Part shown: in pieces, positions 1 to 9,566 of the stretch | How positions within the stretch are numbered: the stretch's first letter is position 1 | Layout of the letters: every line of letters starts with the position of its first letter | Assembly: GCA_965279075.1 (NCBI GenBank) | Contig: CBDIHI010000009.1 | Location: 2,863 to 66,862 of the forward strand | DNA length: 64,000 nucleotides | Direction: 5' to 3' | Origin: Burkholderiales bacterium | Lineage (GTDB): Bacteria; Pseudomonadota; Gammaproteobacteria; Burkholderiales; SG8-39 | Made by a program: the position numbers and the translations under genes | Notes under the pieces: model-generated | Told to the model about the DNA's origin: nothing | The model's input: the letters and a program-made list of their open reading frames with translations, nothing else | The model's database searches: none

Positions 1-235
1 CCACCGCGAGGGCCGCGAACAGCACCATCGCGCCCTGCGCGAAGTTGAACACCCCGGAGGCCTTGTAGATGAGCGCGAAGCCGACCGCCACCAGGGAGTA
101 CAGCACGCCGGCCATCAGGCCGCCCAGCAGAACCTCGGTGTAGAACCCCGGGTCGCTGGCGCCGGTGGCAAGCGGGGCGGCCAGCCCGGCGAGCAGCACG
201 AACCCGAGGACGAGGGTGGGAAGGTTCTTCTTCAT
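1..235 (-). CDS. Branched-chain amino acid-type ABC transporter permease (LivH-like), 5' part only; runs off the window edge
   Basis: Manual translation from ATG at 235: MKKNLPTLVLG...EVLLGGLMAGVLYSLVAVGFALIYKASGVFNFAQGAMV, the typical LivH N-terminal motif. Lies downstream of the ABC ATPase. Confidence 0.85.
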   Translation of the reverse strand, partial: MKKNLPTLVLGFVLLAGLAAPLATGASDPGFYTEVLLGGLMAGVLYSLVAVGFALIYKASGVFNFAQGAMVLFAALAV

Positions 236-248
236 GCCCGCCGCGCCG

Positions 249-1052
249 CTAGTGGCTCACGCCGAGGTAGGCGTCGATCACGGCCCGGTTGCCGCGCACC
301 TCCTCCGGCGTGCCGTCGCCGATCTTCCTGCCGTAGTCGAGCACGACCACGCGATCGGAAATGTCCATCACCACGCCCATGTCGTGCTCGATCAGCACGA
401 TGGTGGTGCCCATCTGGTCGTTGACGTCGAGGATGAAGCGGCACATGTCCTGCTTTTCCTCTACGTTCATGCCGGCCATCGGCTCGTCGAGCAACAGCAC
501 GCTCGGTTCCATGGCCAGGGCGCGCCCGAGGTCGACGCGTTTCTGCAGGCCGTAGGGCAGGCGCCCCACCGGGGTCTTGCGGTAGGCCTGGATCTCGAGG
601 AAATCGATCACCTTCTCGACCGCTTCGCGATGCTCGATCTCCTCGCGCGCGGCGGGCCCGATGTGCAGCGCCTGCAGCAGCAGGTTGGTGTGCATGCGCA
701 GGTTGCGGCCGGTCATGATGTTGTCGAGCACGCTCATGCCCTTGAAAAGGGCGAGGTTCTGGAAGGTGCGCGCGATCCCTGCAAGCGCCACCTCGTGCGG
801 GTCCATGTCGTGGAACCCGCGCAGGGCGCCGTCCATCCTCATCCGGATCGTTCCCTGCTGCGGGTGGTACACGCCGTTGATCACGTTGAGCATCGAACTC
901 TTGCCCGCCCCGTTGGGGCCGATGATGGCGCGCACTTCGTGCTCGCGCACGTCGAACGAGATGTCGTTGAGCGCGCGCACCCCCCCGAAGGCGAGCGACA
1001 CGCCCTCGACCGCAAGGATGACCCCGCCGATGCCGGCGCCGGCTCCGCTCAC
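249..1052 (-). CDS. ABC transporter ATP-binding protein (LivG-like)
   Basis: Walker A GPNGAGKS, GIARTFQN, LPYG signature, LLLDEPMAG, IEHDM; 4-bp overlap with the upstream gene. Confidence 0.93.
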   Translation of the reverse strand: MSGAGAGIGGVILAVEGVSLAFGGVRALNDISFDVREHEVRAIIGPNGAGKSSMLNVINGVYHPQQGTIRMRMDGALRGFHDMDPHEVALAGIARTFQNLALFKGMSVLDNIMTGRNLRMHTNLLLQALHIGPAAREEIEHREAVEKVIDFLEIQAYRKTPVGRLPYGLQKRVDLGRALAMEPSVLLLDEPMAGMNVEEKQDMCRFILDVNDQMGTTIVLIEHDMGVVMDISDRVVVLDYGRKIGDGTPEEVRGNRAVIDAYLGVSH

Positions 1053-3007
1053 GCGGCCCTCTTCGCCGCCGCGGCGGGAAAGGTCTTCGCGTCGCGGATC
1101 TTCAGGTCCGCGGAGACGCTGCCGGTGCGGCCGTCCTCGTACTTGACCTGCGCCTCGACGTGCACGGTGCGCAACCCGTCGTACAGCGCGGCGACCAGTG
1201 GCTGGTAGCGCTCGCCGATGTAGCCGCGCCGCACCTTGCGCGTGCGGGTGAGTTCCCCGTCGTCGGCGTCGAGTTCCTTGTGCAGCACCAGGAACCGGTG
1301 GACCTGCGAGCCCGCCAGTTCGGGATCCCCGGCCAGGTCCAGGTTGACCTTCTCAATGCACTCGCCGATCAGCGCGTAGACCTCGTCGCGCGAAGCCAGG
1401 TCGACGTAGCCCGAGTACGGCAGGTTGCGGCGCTCGGCCCAGTTGCCGACCGCCTCCATGTCGAAGTTGATGAACACGCAGACCCGGTCGCGGCCGTCGC
1501 CGAAGGCCACCGCCTCGCGCACGTAGGGAAAGAACTTGAGCTTGTTCTCGATGTACTTGGGGGCGAACAGGGTCCCGTCGGTCAGGGCACCGACGTCCTT
1601 CACGCGGTCGATGATCTTGACGTGCCCTTCGGCGTCGAAGTATCCCGCATCGCCGGTGTGGAACCAGCCTTCGGCGTCCTTCGCGTCGGCCGTCGCCTGC
1701 GGATTCTTGTAGTACTCCTTGAACAGGCCCGGCGAGCGGATCAGGAGTTCACGCTGCGGCGTGAACATGAGTTCCACCCCGGCCACCGCCGGCCCGACGG
1801 TGTCGGGCTTGACCTGGCCGTTGGGCTGGATGCAGACGAACACCGAGGTCTCGGTCGAACCGTAGAGCTGCTTGAGGTTGATCCCGATGGACCGGTAGAA
1901 CACGAACAGGTCCGGCCCGATCGCCTCCCCGGCCGTGTAGGCGACACGCACCCGGCTCATGCCGAGTACGTTGCGCAGCGGCCCGTACACCAGCGCATCG
2001 CCGATCCGGTACAGCAGCCGGTCGCCTGCGCCGACCCGCCGGCCGTCGAGGATCTTCGCGCCGACCCGCCGCGCGACGCCCATGAAGTAGGCGTACATCC
2101 GGCGCTTGAGCGCACCTGCGTCCTCCATGCGGATCGAGACGGTGGTGAGCAGCGCCTCGAGCACCCGGGGCGGGGCGAAATAGTAGGTCGGCCCGATCTC
2201 GCGCATGTCGGCGATCACGGTGTCGCCCGACTCCGGGCAGCAGATGCAGTAGCCGGTCACGAACGGCTGCGCGTACGAAAAGATGTTCTGCCCGATCCAG
2301 GCCGGCGGCAGGTAGGCCAGCACCACGTCCGCGTCGTTCAGCCCCTCCATCCTCGCCGCGGCGTCGGCCCGGTCGATGAGCGCGATGTTGGTGAGCACCA
2401 CGCCTTTCGGGTTGCCGGTGGTGCCCGAGGTGAAGAACATCGCCGCGGTTTCCGAGCCGTGCCCGCGCGCGACTTCGGCGTCGAAGTATGCGGGGTTCTG
2501 CGCGTCGAAGGCGCGGCCCGCCTCCAGCAGCCGCTCGTAGCTCATGAGGACGTCCTGGGCGTAGTTCCGCAGGCCCCGCGGGTCGTCGTAGTAGATCCGT
2601 TCCAGCGTCGGGGAGCTGGGCAGTATCTCGAGCAGCTTGTCGACCTGCTCCTGGTCCTCGGCGACGGCAAACCGGATCTCCGCATTCTGGATCGGGAAGG
2701 CCATTTCGGTCGCCACAGCGTCCTGGTAGAGGGGCACGGGAATGGCGCCCAGGCACTGGGCGGCGCACATCGCGGCATACAGGCGCGGCCGGTTGTCCCC
2801 GACGATGGCCAAGTGGTCCCCGCGCTTCAGGCCGTGGGACGCCAGCCCGCACGCAAGGGCGCGCGCCTCGCCCGCCAGCCGGCCCCAATCCCAGGTCTGC
2901 CAGACGCCGAGTGCCTTTTCGCGGATCGCGGGAACGGCGGGCCTGACCTGCGCGTGGTGCGCAAGCAGCTTCGGAAACGTGTCGAGCTTGCCGATGTCGA
3001 CTGCCAT
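1049..3007 (-). CDS. Long-chain acyl-CoA synthetase (AMP-binding, FAA1-like)
   Basis: FFTSGTTGNPKG, YGSTE, GWFHTGDAG and IIDRVKD motifs. Start moved to ATG 3007 (MAVDIGK), preceded by GGAGG; the ORF track starts at 3079. Confidence 0.92.
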   Translation of the reverse strand: MAVDIGKLDTFPKLLAHHAQVRPAVPAIREKALGVWQTWDWGRLAGEARALACGLASHGLKRGDHLAIVGDNRPRLYAAMCAAQCLGAIPVPLYQDAVATEMAFPIQNAEIRFAVAEDQEQVDKLLEILPSSPTLERIYYDDPRGLRNYAQDVLMSYERLLEAGRAFDAQNPAYFDAEVARGHGSETAAMFFTSGTTGNPKGVVLTNIALIDRADAAARMEGLNDADVVLAYLPPAWIGQNIFSYAQPFVTGYCICCPESGDTVIADMREIGPTYYFAPPRVLEALLTTVSIRMEDAGALKRRMYAYFMGVARRVGAKILDGRRVGAGDRLLYRIGDALVYGPLRNVLGMSRVRVAYTAGEAIGPDLFVFYRSIGINLKQLYGSTETSVFVCIQPNGQVKPDTVGPAVAGVELMFTPQRELLIRSPGLFKEYYKNPQATADAKDAEGWFHTGDAGYFDAEGHVKIIDRVKDVGALTDGTLFAPKYIENKLKFFPYVREAVAFGDGRDRVCVFINFDMEAVGNWAERRNLPYSGYVDLASRDEVYALIGECIEKVNLDLAGDPELAGSQVHRFLVLHKELDADDGELTRTRKVRRGYIGERYQPLVAALYDGLRTVHVEAQVKYEDGRTGSVSADLKIRDAKTFPAAAAKRAA

Positions 3008-3160
3008 CGCGCTGCCTCCTCCGGTTGCCGTACGTCCGCCACGACATGGGCGACGGATCTTGTGTGTTGATTCTTGCACAAAAACCGCACCTTAAGCCCC
3101 TCAACCGGGGGCCCGTCCAGTGCAGCTGCGGGGCAGTTTAGGGGCGCCGCTCGCGTCAGG

Positions 3161-3178
3161 TTGTCGCCTCGGCGACAA
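3161..3178. promoter_or_regulatory. Palindromic operator, probably for the adjacent Crp/Fnr regulator
   Basis: Perfect inverted repeat TTGTCGCC-TC-GGCGACAA (TGTCG-N6-CGACA spacing, as in Crp-family sites) in the divergent intergenic region. Confidence 0.55.
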
Positions 3179-3186
3179 TTGCGCCC

Positions 3187-3873
3187 ATGAGCGCCCCGCC
3201 GACCTCGCTGCCCGCCTTCCTGCGCGCATCCCTCTGGGCCGAGGACATCGGCCCGAAGACGCTCGCACGAGTCGAGTCGGAGGTCATCGAGCGTTCGGTG
3301 CCCGCAGGGGGTTCGGTCTGCCGCAAAGGCGAGGCCGTGGACTACTGGGTCGGCGTGGTCGAGGGCCTGGTGAAGATCTCCAGCGTGTCGGCCGAAGGCA
3401 AGCCGGTCACCTTCACCGGCATCCGCGCGGGCGGCTGGTTCGGCGAGGGGTCGATGCTGCGCGCCATCCCCTGGGGCTACGATGCGGTCGCGCTGCGCGA
3501 CTGCCGCGTGGCGCTGATGCCGCGCGCGACCTTCTACTGGCTGCTCGAATCGAGCATCGAGTTCAACCGGTTCCTGCTCGAGCAGCTGAACGAACGGCTG
3601 TCGCTGTTCATCGGCATGCTCGAGTCCGACCGGTTGCTGGAGCCCGAGGCCCGGGTGGCGCGGTGCCTCGCATCCCTGTTCAACCCGCGCCTCTATCCGG
3701 GCGGCGATCGCGAGCTGCAGATCTCGCAGGAGGAGATCGGCTACTTGTCGGGCGTGTCGCGGCAGCGCGTCAACCAGGCCCTGCAGGTGCTCGACCGCGC
3801 GGGGCTGCTGCGCGTCGCCTACGGCGGGGTGACCGTGCTCGACCTGCCGGGGCTCGGCGCTTTCGGGAGCTGA
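3187..3873 (+). CDS. Crp/Fnr family transcriptional regulator
   Basis: N-terminal cNMP-binding fold (GGWFGEGS) and C-terminal HTH (ISQEEIGYLSGVSRQRVNQAL). Confidence 0.92.
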   Translation: MSAPPTSLPAFLRASLWAEDIGPKTLARVESEVIERSVPAGGSVCRKGEAVDYWVGVVEGLVKISSVSAEGKPVTFTGIRAGGWFGEGSMLRAIPWGYDAVALRDCRVALMPRATFYWLLESSIEFNRFLLEQLNERLSLFIGMLESDRLLEPEARVARCLASLFNPRLYPGGDRELQISQEEIGYLSGVSRQRVNQALQVLDRAGLLRVAYGGVTVLDLPGLGAFGS

Positions 3874-3876
3874 CTC

Positions 3877-5142
3877 TCAGCCAAGAGTACGGGCCTTGTC
3901 CCGGCTGCGGAAAACCGCGTGAAGGTTGTAGGCCGCGTAGGCGCAATACGCCACGAGCCACATCGCGCCGGCCGATTCGAGCGTGAGCCGGGCGCCGAGC
4001 AAGCAAAGCAGCGCGGCAAACAGCGGCAATGACAGCAACTCCCCGGCTGCGATCTGGAGGGTGAGCCGCAGCGCGAAGAGCGCATACAGCGGGATCCACG
4101 CGACGATCCGGATCCAGCTACCGGCAAAATACAGCGCGACCGCCGCATCCGGGGCCTGCACGCCGGGATCGTAGAGCGCCGCAAGAAGGGGGCCATGCAC
4201 CGTATACAGGAAGGCGAAGGCAACTGCCGAGGGCAGGAGTACCGCCAGGGCCGCCGATCGCATTTCGCCGGCCAGGGCCGCCGGGCCCCGTGCGGCGGCG
4301 AATCGCGGCAGGTACAGCAGCGCAAGGAATCCGGAGGCAATGCCGCAGACCCAGTCGGCGAGCCGGAACAGTGCCTGCAGGACGCCCGCATCGTGCCAGG
4401 ATAGCGACTCCCCGATCGTGCTGCGGGCGACGACGAACGACAGCGGCCCGAGGATGCCGATGGAGAGACCCGGCAGCACATAGCGGCGCAGCGCAAGCGC
4501 CCGTCGGGCCGGCCTTCCCGGCCTCGCGCCCGACCTGCCCATGAAAAGCAGCGTCGCCGCAGGGACGGCCTGCATGAGGGCGACGCCGGCCAGCACCCAC
4601 TCCCCGGGAAGCACGAGCGCGGCGCCCAGCATTCCGGCTGTCTGCGCAATCGCGAGGAGCAGCATGGCGGCGTACCTGCGCTGGCCGAGCCAGTAATTGC
4701 CGATCAGCGTCGGGACGACCGCCAGCCAGCCGGCGCCTGCGGCAACTGCGAAGGTCCAAGGGGGGATCCTTCCTCCGGACAGGAAATCGCCAAGCGCCCA
4801 GCTCGTCGCGGCGGCGAAGAGCGCGATCGGAAACGCGATGCGCAACCCGAGACGGAGGGCCGCATCGAACTGTTCGCGGCGGATTTCCTCCCTGCTTGCG
4901 CGGGCGACCTGCACTACGAGCCCTGCGCCCACCCCCCCGGCCACGACGCCCACCACCAGGTCGATCAGCGAGGACACCTGCGCCCATACGGCAACCAGCT
5001 CGCCCCCGCCCTGGACGGCGAGAACCTTGTCCAGCGCCGAACGGCTCGCCAGGCCGACCACGACCAGGGAGAAAGTCAGCGCCAGCCTGATGGTCGCCAC
5101 CTGTGGGAACCCGGACCGGCCGGCGCCGTCCCGCCTATGCAT
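3877..5142 (-). CDS. WzxE-like MOP-family flippase / polysaccharide translocase
   Basis: Highly hydrophobic, about 12 TM segments. DKVLAVQGGGELVAVWAQ and RSTIGESLSWHDAGVLQ resemble WzxE segments. True start may be GTG at 5100. Confidence 0.65.
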   Translation of the reverse strand: MHRRDGAGRSGFPQVATIRLALTFSLVVVGLASRSALDKVLAVQGGGELVAVWAQVSSLIDLVVGVVAGGVGAGLVVQVARASREEIRREQFDAALRLGLRIAFPIALFAAATSWALGDFLSGGRIPPWTFAVAAGAGWLAVVPTLIGNYWLGQRRYAAMLLLAIAQTAGMLGAALVLPGEWVLAGVALMQAVPAATLLFMGRSGARPGRPARRALALRRYVLPGLSIGILGPLSFVVARSTIGESLSWHDAGVLQALFRLADWVCGIASGFLALLYLPRFAAARGPAALAGEMRSAALAVLLPSAVAFAFLYTVHGPLLAALYDPGVQAPDAAVALYFAGSWIRIVAWIPLYALFALRLTLQIAAGELLSLPLFAALLCLLGARLTLESAGAMWLVAYCAYAAYNLHAVFRSRDKARTLG

Positions 5143-5264
5143 GGAGCCATTCTACCGGTCGGGAGGCCCACGCATGAGCGAACTGCCGGTTGCAAGGCTG
5201 GAACACAAGTTGCATCCTTTGGGTTGACCGCAAAGATGCGGTACACCGTCCCGGAGATTCCCCC

Positions 5265-6479
5265 ATGACCCGACCAACTACCCGCCGCGTCCTTTCAGCA
5301 TGCGCTTTGCTCGTCGCCGGTGCCTTCGCTTCGCTGCCCTGCACCACGCTGGCCCAGGATGTGATCAGGGTGGGCGCGCCGCTGCCGCTCACCGGCCCGC
5401 TCGCGCCGGATGCCGCCAAGCAGCAGCAAGGCTACGACCTCTGGGCCGAGACGGCCAACAAGGCCGGCGGCGTGAACGTGGGCGGCAAGCGCATGAAAGT
5501 CGAGATCGTCTACGTCGACTACCAGTCGAACACGCCGCGTGCGGTGCAGGCGACGGAAAAGCTCATTACGCAGGACAAGGTGAACTTCCTCTTCTCGCCG
5601 TTCGGCTCGGGCGCGGCCAAGGCCGCCTCCAGCGTGTCGGAGAAGTACGAGGTGCCGACCCTCGCCGCCACCGCGTCTTCCGAGCAGGTCTACGACCAGG
5701 GCTACAAGTACCTGTTCGGCACGTTCACCCCCAACCCCACGCTGACCGAGCCGCTGTCCGACATGGTGAAGAAGGATGCCGCCGGCGTGCAGCGCGTGGC
5801 CATCCTCGCGCGGAACGACCTCTTCCCGCTGGCGATCGGGCAGGAGATGGAGAAGTCGGCAAAGAAGCGCGGCATGAACGTGGTGTATTTCGAGAAGTAC
5901 GCGATCGGCACGCTCGATTTCTCGGCCACGCTGACCCAGATGAAGTCGCAGGCGCCGCACTGGATCTTCGCCACCGGCTACATCAACGACCTGGTGACGA
6001 TGAAAAAGCAGATGGCGGACCTGAAGATCGAGGCGCCGGTGATGACCATGGTCACCGCTCCGGCGTTCAAGGAGTTCATCGACGCGACCGGCAAGGGCGC
6101 CGAGAACATCACCACGGCCGCGTGGTGGCACCCGGCGGCGCGCTACAAGGGCAAGGACCTCTTCGGCACCACCGAGAACTACAACAAGGCCTTCACCGCG
6201 AAGTACAAGATCGACCCCGACTATTCGCCCGCCTCGGCCTCGGCCGCGGGCGCCATCCTGCAGATGGCGATCGAGAAGGCCGGGTCGCTTGACCGCAAGA
6301 AAGTGCGCGACGCGCTCGCCGCGATGAACGAGATGACCTTCTGGGGCCCGGTGAAGTTCGGGCCCACCGGCCAGATCACCTCGCTCGAACCGCCGGTGAT
6401 CCAGATCCAGGCCGGCAAGCACGTTGCGATCTATCCGGCTTCCATCCGCCAGGGCCAGCTGCGGCTGGGCGTCAAGTAA
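5265..6479 (+). CDS. Liv-type ABC transporter periplasmic substrate-binding protein (copy 1)
   Basis: Signal peptide, IRVGAPLPLTGPLA, VYVDYQSN, FLFSPFGS; start set at ATG 5265. Confidence 0.9.
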   Translation: MTRPTTRRVLSACALLVAGAFASLPCTTLAQDVIRVGAPLPLTGPLAPDAAKQQQGYDLWAETANKAGGVNVGGKRMKVEIVYVDYQSNTPRAVQATEKLITQDKVNFLFSPFGSGAAKAASSVSEKYEVPTLAATASSEQVYDQGYKYLFGTFTPNPTLTEPLSDMVKKDAAGVQRVAILARNDLFPLAIGQEMEKSAKKRGMNVVYFEKYAIGTLDFSATLTQMKSQAPHWIFATGYINDLVTMKKQMADLKIEAPVMTMVTAPAFKEFIDATGKGAENITTAAWWHPAARYKGKDLFGTTENYNKAFTAKYKIDPDYSPASASAAGAILQMAIEKAGSLDRKKVRDALAAMNEMTFWGPVKFGPTGQITSLEPPVIQIQAGKHVAIYPASIRQGQLRLGVK

Positions 6480-6504
6480 CTACCTAACCCCGAGGGGAAA
6501 CACC

Positions 6505-7710
6505 ATGCGACATGTATCGATTCGTACCCTGGCCTGCGCCGCGCTGGCGGCAGCAGGCCTGGCGCTGTCGGGCGCTTCCGCGGCCCAGGACCTGATCCGC
6601 ATCGGTGCGCCGCTGCCGATCACCGGGCCGCTGTCGCCCGAGGCGAAGAAGCTGCAGAACGGCATGAACCTCTGGGTGGAGGTCGTCAACAAGTCCGGCG
6701 GCATCAAGGTCGGCGCGAAAAAGATGAAGGTCGAGATCGTCTACGTCGACTACCAGTCGAACACGCCGCGCGCGGTGCAGGCCACCGAGAAGCTGATCAC
6801 GCAGGACAAGGTGGACTTCCTCTTCTCGCCGTTCGGCTCGGGCGCGGCCAAGGCCGCCTCCAGCGTGTCCGAGAAGTACCAGATGCCGACGATCGCGGCC
6901 ACCGCCTCCTCCGAGCAGGTCTACGACCAGGGCTACAAGTACCTGTTCGGCGTGTACACGCCCAACCAGACGCTGACCGAGCCGCTGTCCGACCTCGTGC
7001 AGAAGCAGGCCGCCGGCGTGCAGCGCGTCGCGATCCTCGCCCGCAACGACCTCTTCCCGCTCGCCATCGCGCAGGAGATGGAGAAGTCGGCCAAGAAGCG
7101 CGGCATGAACGTGGTGTATTTCGAGAAGTACGCCATCGGCACGCTCGACCACGCCTCCGCCCTCAGCCAGATCAAGTCGGTCGCGCCGCACTGGATCTTC
7201 GCCACCGGCTACATCAACGACCTGATCCTCATCAAGAAGCAGATGAGCGACCTCGGCATCGAGGCGCCGGTCGTCACGATGGTGGCAGGCCCCGCCTACA
7301 AGGAGTTCGTCGCGGCGCTGGGCAAGGGCGCCGAGAACATCTCGAGCGCCTCCTGGTGGCACCCGGCGGTGCGCTACACGAGCAAGGACGTGTTCGGCTC
7401 GACCGAGAACTTCAACAAGATGTTCCAGGCGAAATACGGCGTCGAGCCGGATTACGGCGAAGCCTCGTCGGCCGTCTCGGGCGTCGTACTGCAGCTTGCG
7501 ATCGAGAAGGCCGGGTCGCTGGACAAGAAGGCCGTGCGCGACGCGCTGGCCGCGATGAACACGATGACGTTCTTCGGGCCGATCAAGTTCGGCCCCACCG
7601 GCCAGGTCGTCTCGCTCGACCCACCCGTGTTCCAGATCCAGAAAGGCAAGCAGGTCGTGATCCTGCCGGTGGCCATCAAGCAGGGCAGCCTGCAGCTCGG
7701 CGTCAAGTAA
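6505..7710 (+). CDS. Liv-type ABC transporter periplasmic substrate-binding protein (copy 2, tandem paralog)
   Basis: Signal peptide and long stretches identical to copy 1; GAGGGG RBS before ATG 6505. Confidence 0.9.
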   Translation: MRHVSIRTLACAALAAAGLALSGASAAQDLIRIGAPLPITGPLSPEAKKLQNGMNLWVEVVNKSGGIKVGAKKMKVEIVYVDYQSNTPRAVQATEKLITQDKVDFLFSPFGSGAAKAASSVSEKYQMPTIAATASSEQVYDQGYKYLFGVYTPNQTLTEPLSDLVQKQAAGVQRVAILARNDLFPLAIAQEMEKSAKKRGMNVVYFEKYAIGTLDHASALSQIKSVAPHWIFATGYINDLILIKKQMSDLGIEAPVVTMVAGPAYKEFVAALGKGAENISSASWWHPAVRYTSKDVFGSTENFNKMFQAKYGVEPDYGEASSAVSGVVLQLAIEKAGSLDKKAVRDALAAMNTMTFFGPIKFGPTGQVVSLDPPVFQIQKGKQVVILPVAIKQGSLQLGVK

Positions 7711-7731
7711 CCCTCACCCCACAGGACACCG

Positions 7732-7763
7732 GGGGCCGCGCCGGGAACGATCCCGCCGGCCCC
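7732..7763. other. Intercistronic GC-rich stem-loop (mRNA stability or attenuation element)
   Basis: GGGGCCG...CGGGA-ACGA-TCCCG...CGGCCCC between the binding-protein and permease genes. Confidence 0.45.
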
Positions 7764-7770
7764 GCCACCC

Positions 7771-8637
7771 ATGCTTTACCTCCAGATCCTCGCCAACGGG
7801 TTGGTGCTGGGCGGGCTGTACGCCTGCATCGCGGCGGGCTTCTCGCTCGTATGGGGCGTGCTGAACGTCATCAATATCCTGCACGGGTCGTTCATCGTGC
7901 TGGGCGGCTACCTCGCGTTCTATGCCTACGCCAAGGCGGGGATCCACCCCTTCGTTTCGATCCTCATCGCGGCGCCGCTGTTCTTCGCGCTGGGCTACGC
8001 GGTGCAGCGCATGCTCATCAACCGCATGATCGCGGCGCCAGTGCTGCTGACACTGACGCTGACGTTCGGCCTCGACCTCATGCTGTCGAACGCGATGCTC
8101 GCCGCATTCACGGCCGACTTCAAGAAGCTGATCCTAGAGCCGCCCCTGGGCGTGCTGTCGCTCGGGTCGGTGGTGCTGCCGGTCGACCGGTTGCTCGCCA
8201 TGCTGCTCGCCCTGGCCCTCACCGGGTTCCTCTACCTCGTGCTTTCGCGCTCGCGCATCGGCCGCGCGATCGTCGCGGTTCGCATGGACCGCGAGGCCGC
8301 CGCGCTCATGGGGGTCGACGTAAAGGGCGTCTACGCGATCACCTTCGGCCTCGGCGCATTGATGGCCGGCGCTTCAGGGCCGCTGCTGGCGATGATCTTC
8401 CCGATCTCGCCGCTGACCGGGCCCGTCTATCTCGGCAAGGCCTTCGTCATCTGCGTGCTGGGGGGCCTGGGCAGCGTGCCCGGCGCGATGATCGGCGGCC
8501 TCGCGCTCGGCGTGGTCGAGAGCTTCGGGTCGCTGTGGTTCGGGCCGGAGCATGCGACCACGCTGTCGTTCGTGCTGCTGATCGTGATCCTGCTGGTGCG
8601 CCCGGAAGGCCTGCTGGGCCGCAAGGGATACGCATGA
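7771..8637 (+). CDS. livH: Branched-chain amino acid ABC permease (LivH-like)
   Basis: NGLVLGGLYA...GFSLVWGVLNVINILHG and GGLGSVPGA motifs. Confidence 0.88.
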   Translation: MLYLQILANGLVLGGLYACIAAGFSLVWGVLNVINILHGSFIVLGGYLAFYAYAKAGIHPFVSILIAAPLFFALGYAVQRMLINRMIAAPVLLTLTLTFGLDLMLSNAMLAAFTADFKKLILEPPLGVLSLGSVVLPVDRLLAMLLALALTGFLYLVLSRSRIGRAIVAVRMDREAAALMGVDVKGVYAITFGLGALMAGASGPLLAMIFPISPLTGPVYLGKAFVICVLGGLGSVPGAMIGGLALGVVESFGSLWFGPEHATTLSFVLLIVILLVRPEGLLGRKGYA

Positions 8638-9566
8638 AGAAGAGCGCCCTCATCGCGGTCGTGCTGTTCACCCTGATCGCGCTCACGCCGCTGGCTGGCG
8701 AGGCCTACTTCCTGCGCATCGCCACCACCATGTTGATGTACGGCGTGCTTGCGATGTCGTGGAATTTCATCGGCGGCATGGCGGGTTATCCCTCGTTCGC
8801 CTCGGCCGCGTTCTTCGGCCTGGGCGCCTATACCGGCGCGGTCGCGCAGAAGTTCGGCGCGCCCATGTTCGCGGCCTGGGGTCTGGCGGGCTGCGCCGCC
8901 CTGCTGTTCGCGGCGTTGCTGGGCTTCGCGCTGCTGCGGCTGCGCGGCCACTATTTCGCCATCGCGAGCCTGGTGGTGGCGGAGGTGCTGAGGGAACTCG
9001 TCAACTCGGCCACCGACCTCACCGGCGGCGGCATGGGCCTCAACCTGCCCGTGATGTCGACCAGCACGGTGGACGGGCAGGCGCTGTTCTTCTTCTACGC
9101 GATGCTGGTACTCGCCGCGATCACCTTCGCGGCGATGCTGTGGGCGAAGTACTCCAAACTCGGCTTCGGGCTGCGCTGCATCCAGCAAAACGAATCCGCG
9201 GCCGACATGCTCGGCGTCAATACGACGCTCTACAAGATCCTCGCCTTCATGCTGTCGGCGGTCTTCGTCGCGATCGCCGGGGCCGTGTACGCCGCGTGGC
9301 TGCACTACATCGAACCGCCAGACGTCTTCGACGTGCTGTACTCGATCAAGGCCATCGTCATGGTGCTGCTCGGCGGCGCGGGCTCGGTGTTCGGGCCGCT
9401 GTTCGGCGCGGTGCTCTTCCTGTCGCTCGAGGAGCTGGTCTGGCGCAAGTTCCTCGAGGTGCACACCGGTGTGCTGGGCCTCCTGATCGTGCTGCTGGTG
9501 ATGTACCTGCCCAAGGGCCTGCTCACCTTTTCCCAGCGCCTGCCGTGGACAGGGAAAAAATCGTGA
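8634..9566 (+). CDS. livM: Branched-chain amino acid ABC permease (LivM-like)
   Basis: ATGA overlap with livH; SWNFIGGMAG, LRLRGHYFAIASL, LTGGGMG and VLLGGAG motifs. Confidence 0.88.
   Translation: MKKSALIAVVLFTLIALTPLAGEAYFLRIATTMLMYGVLAMSWNFIGGMAGYPSFASAAFFGLGAYTGAVAQKFGAPMFAAWGLAGCAALLFAALLGFALLRLRGHYFAIASLVVAEVLRELVNSATDLTGGGMGLNLPVMSTSTVDGQALFFFYAMLVLAAITFAAMLWAKYSKLGFGLRCIQQNESAADMLGVNTTLYKILAFMLSAVFVAIAGAVYAAWLHYIEPPDVFDVLYSIKAIVMVLLGGAGSVFGPLFGAVLFLSLEELVWRKFLEVHTGVLGLLIVLLVMYLPKGLLTFSQRLPWTGKKS

Noticed and set aside
3057-3080. Possible CRP/FNR box TGTTGATTCTTGCACA
   Set aside because: Only a partial match; the perfect palindrome at 3161-3178 is the better candidate.
7356-9566. Long ORF-track extensions (736-aa livM; likewise for livG, ccmB, ccmD, ccmG, ccmH, ccmE, c554 and the decaheme)
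   Set aside because: Upstream open frames overlap real genes in GC-rich DNA; true starts were chosen at stop/start overlaps or family N-termini.
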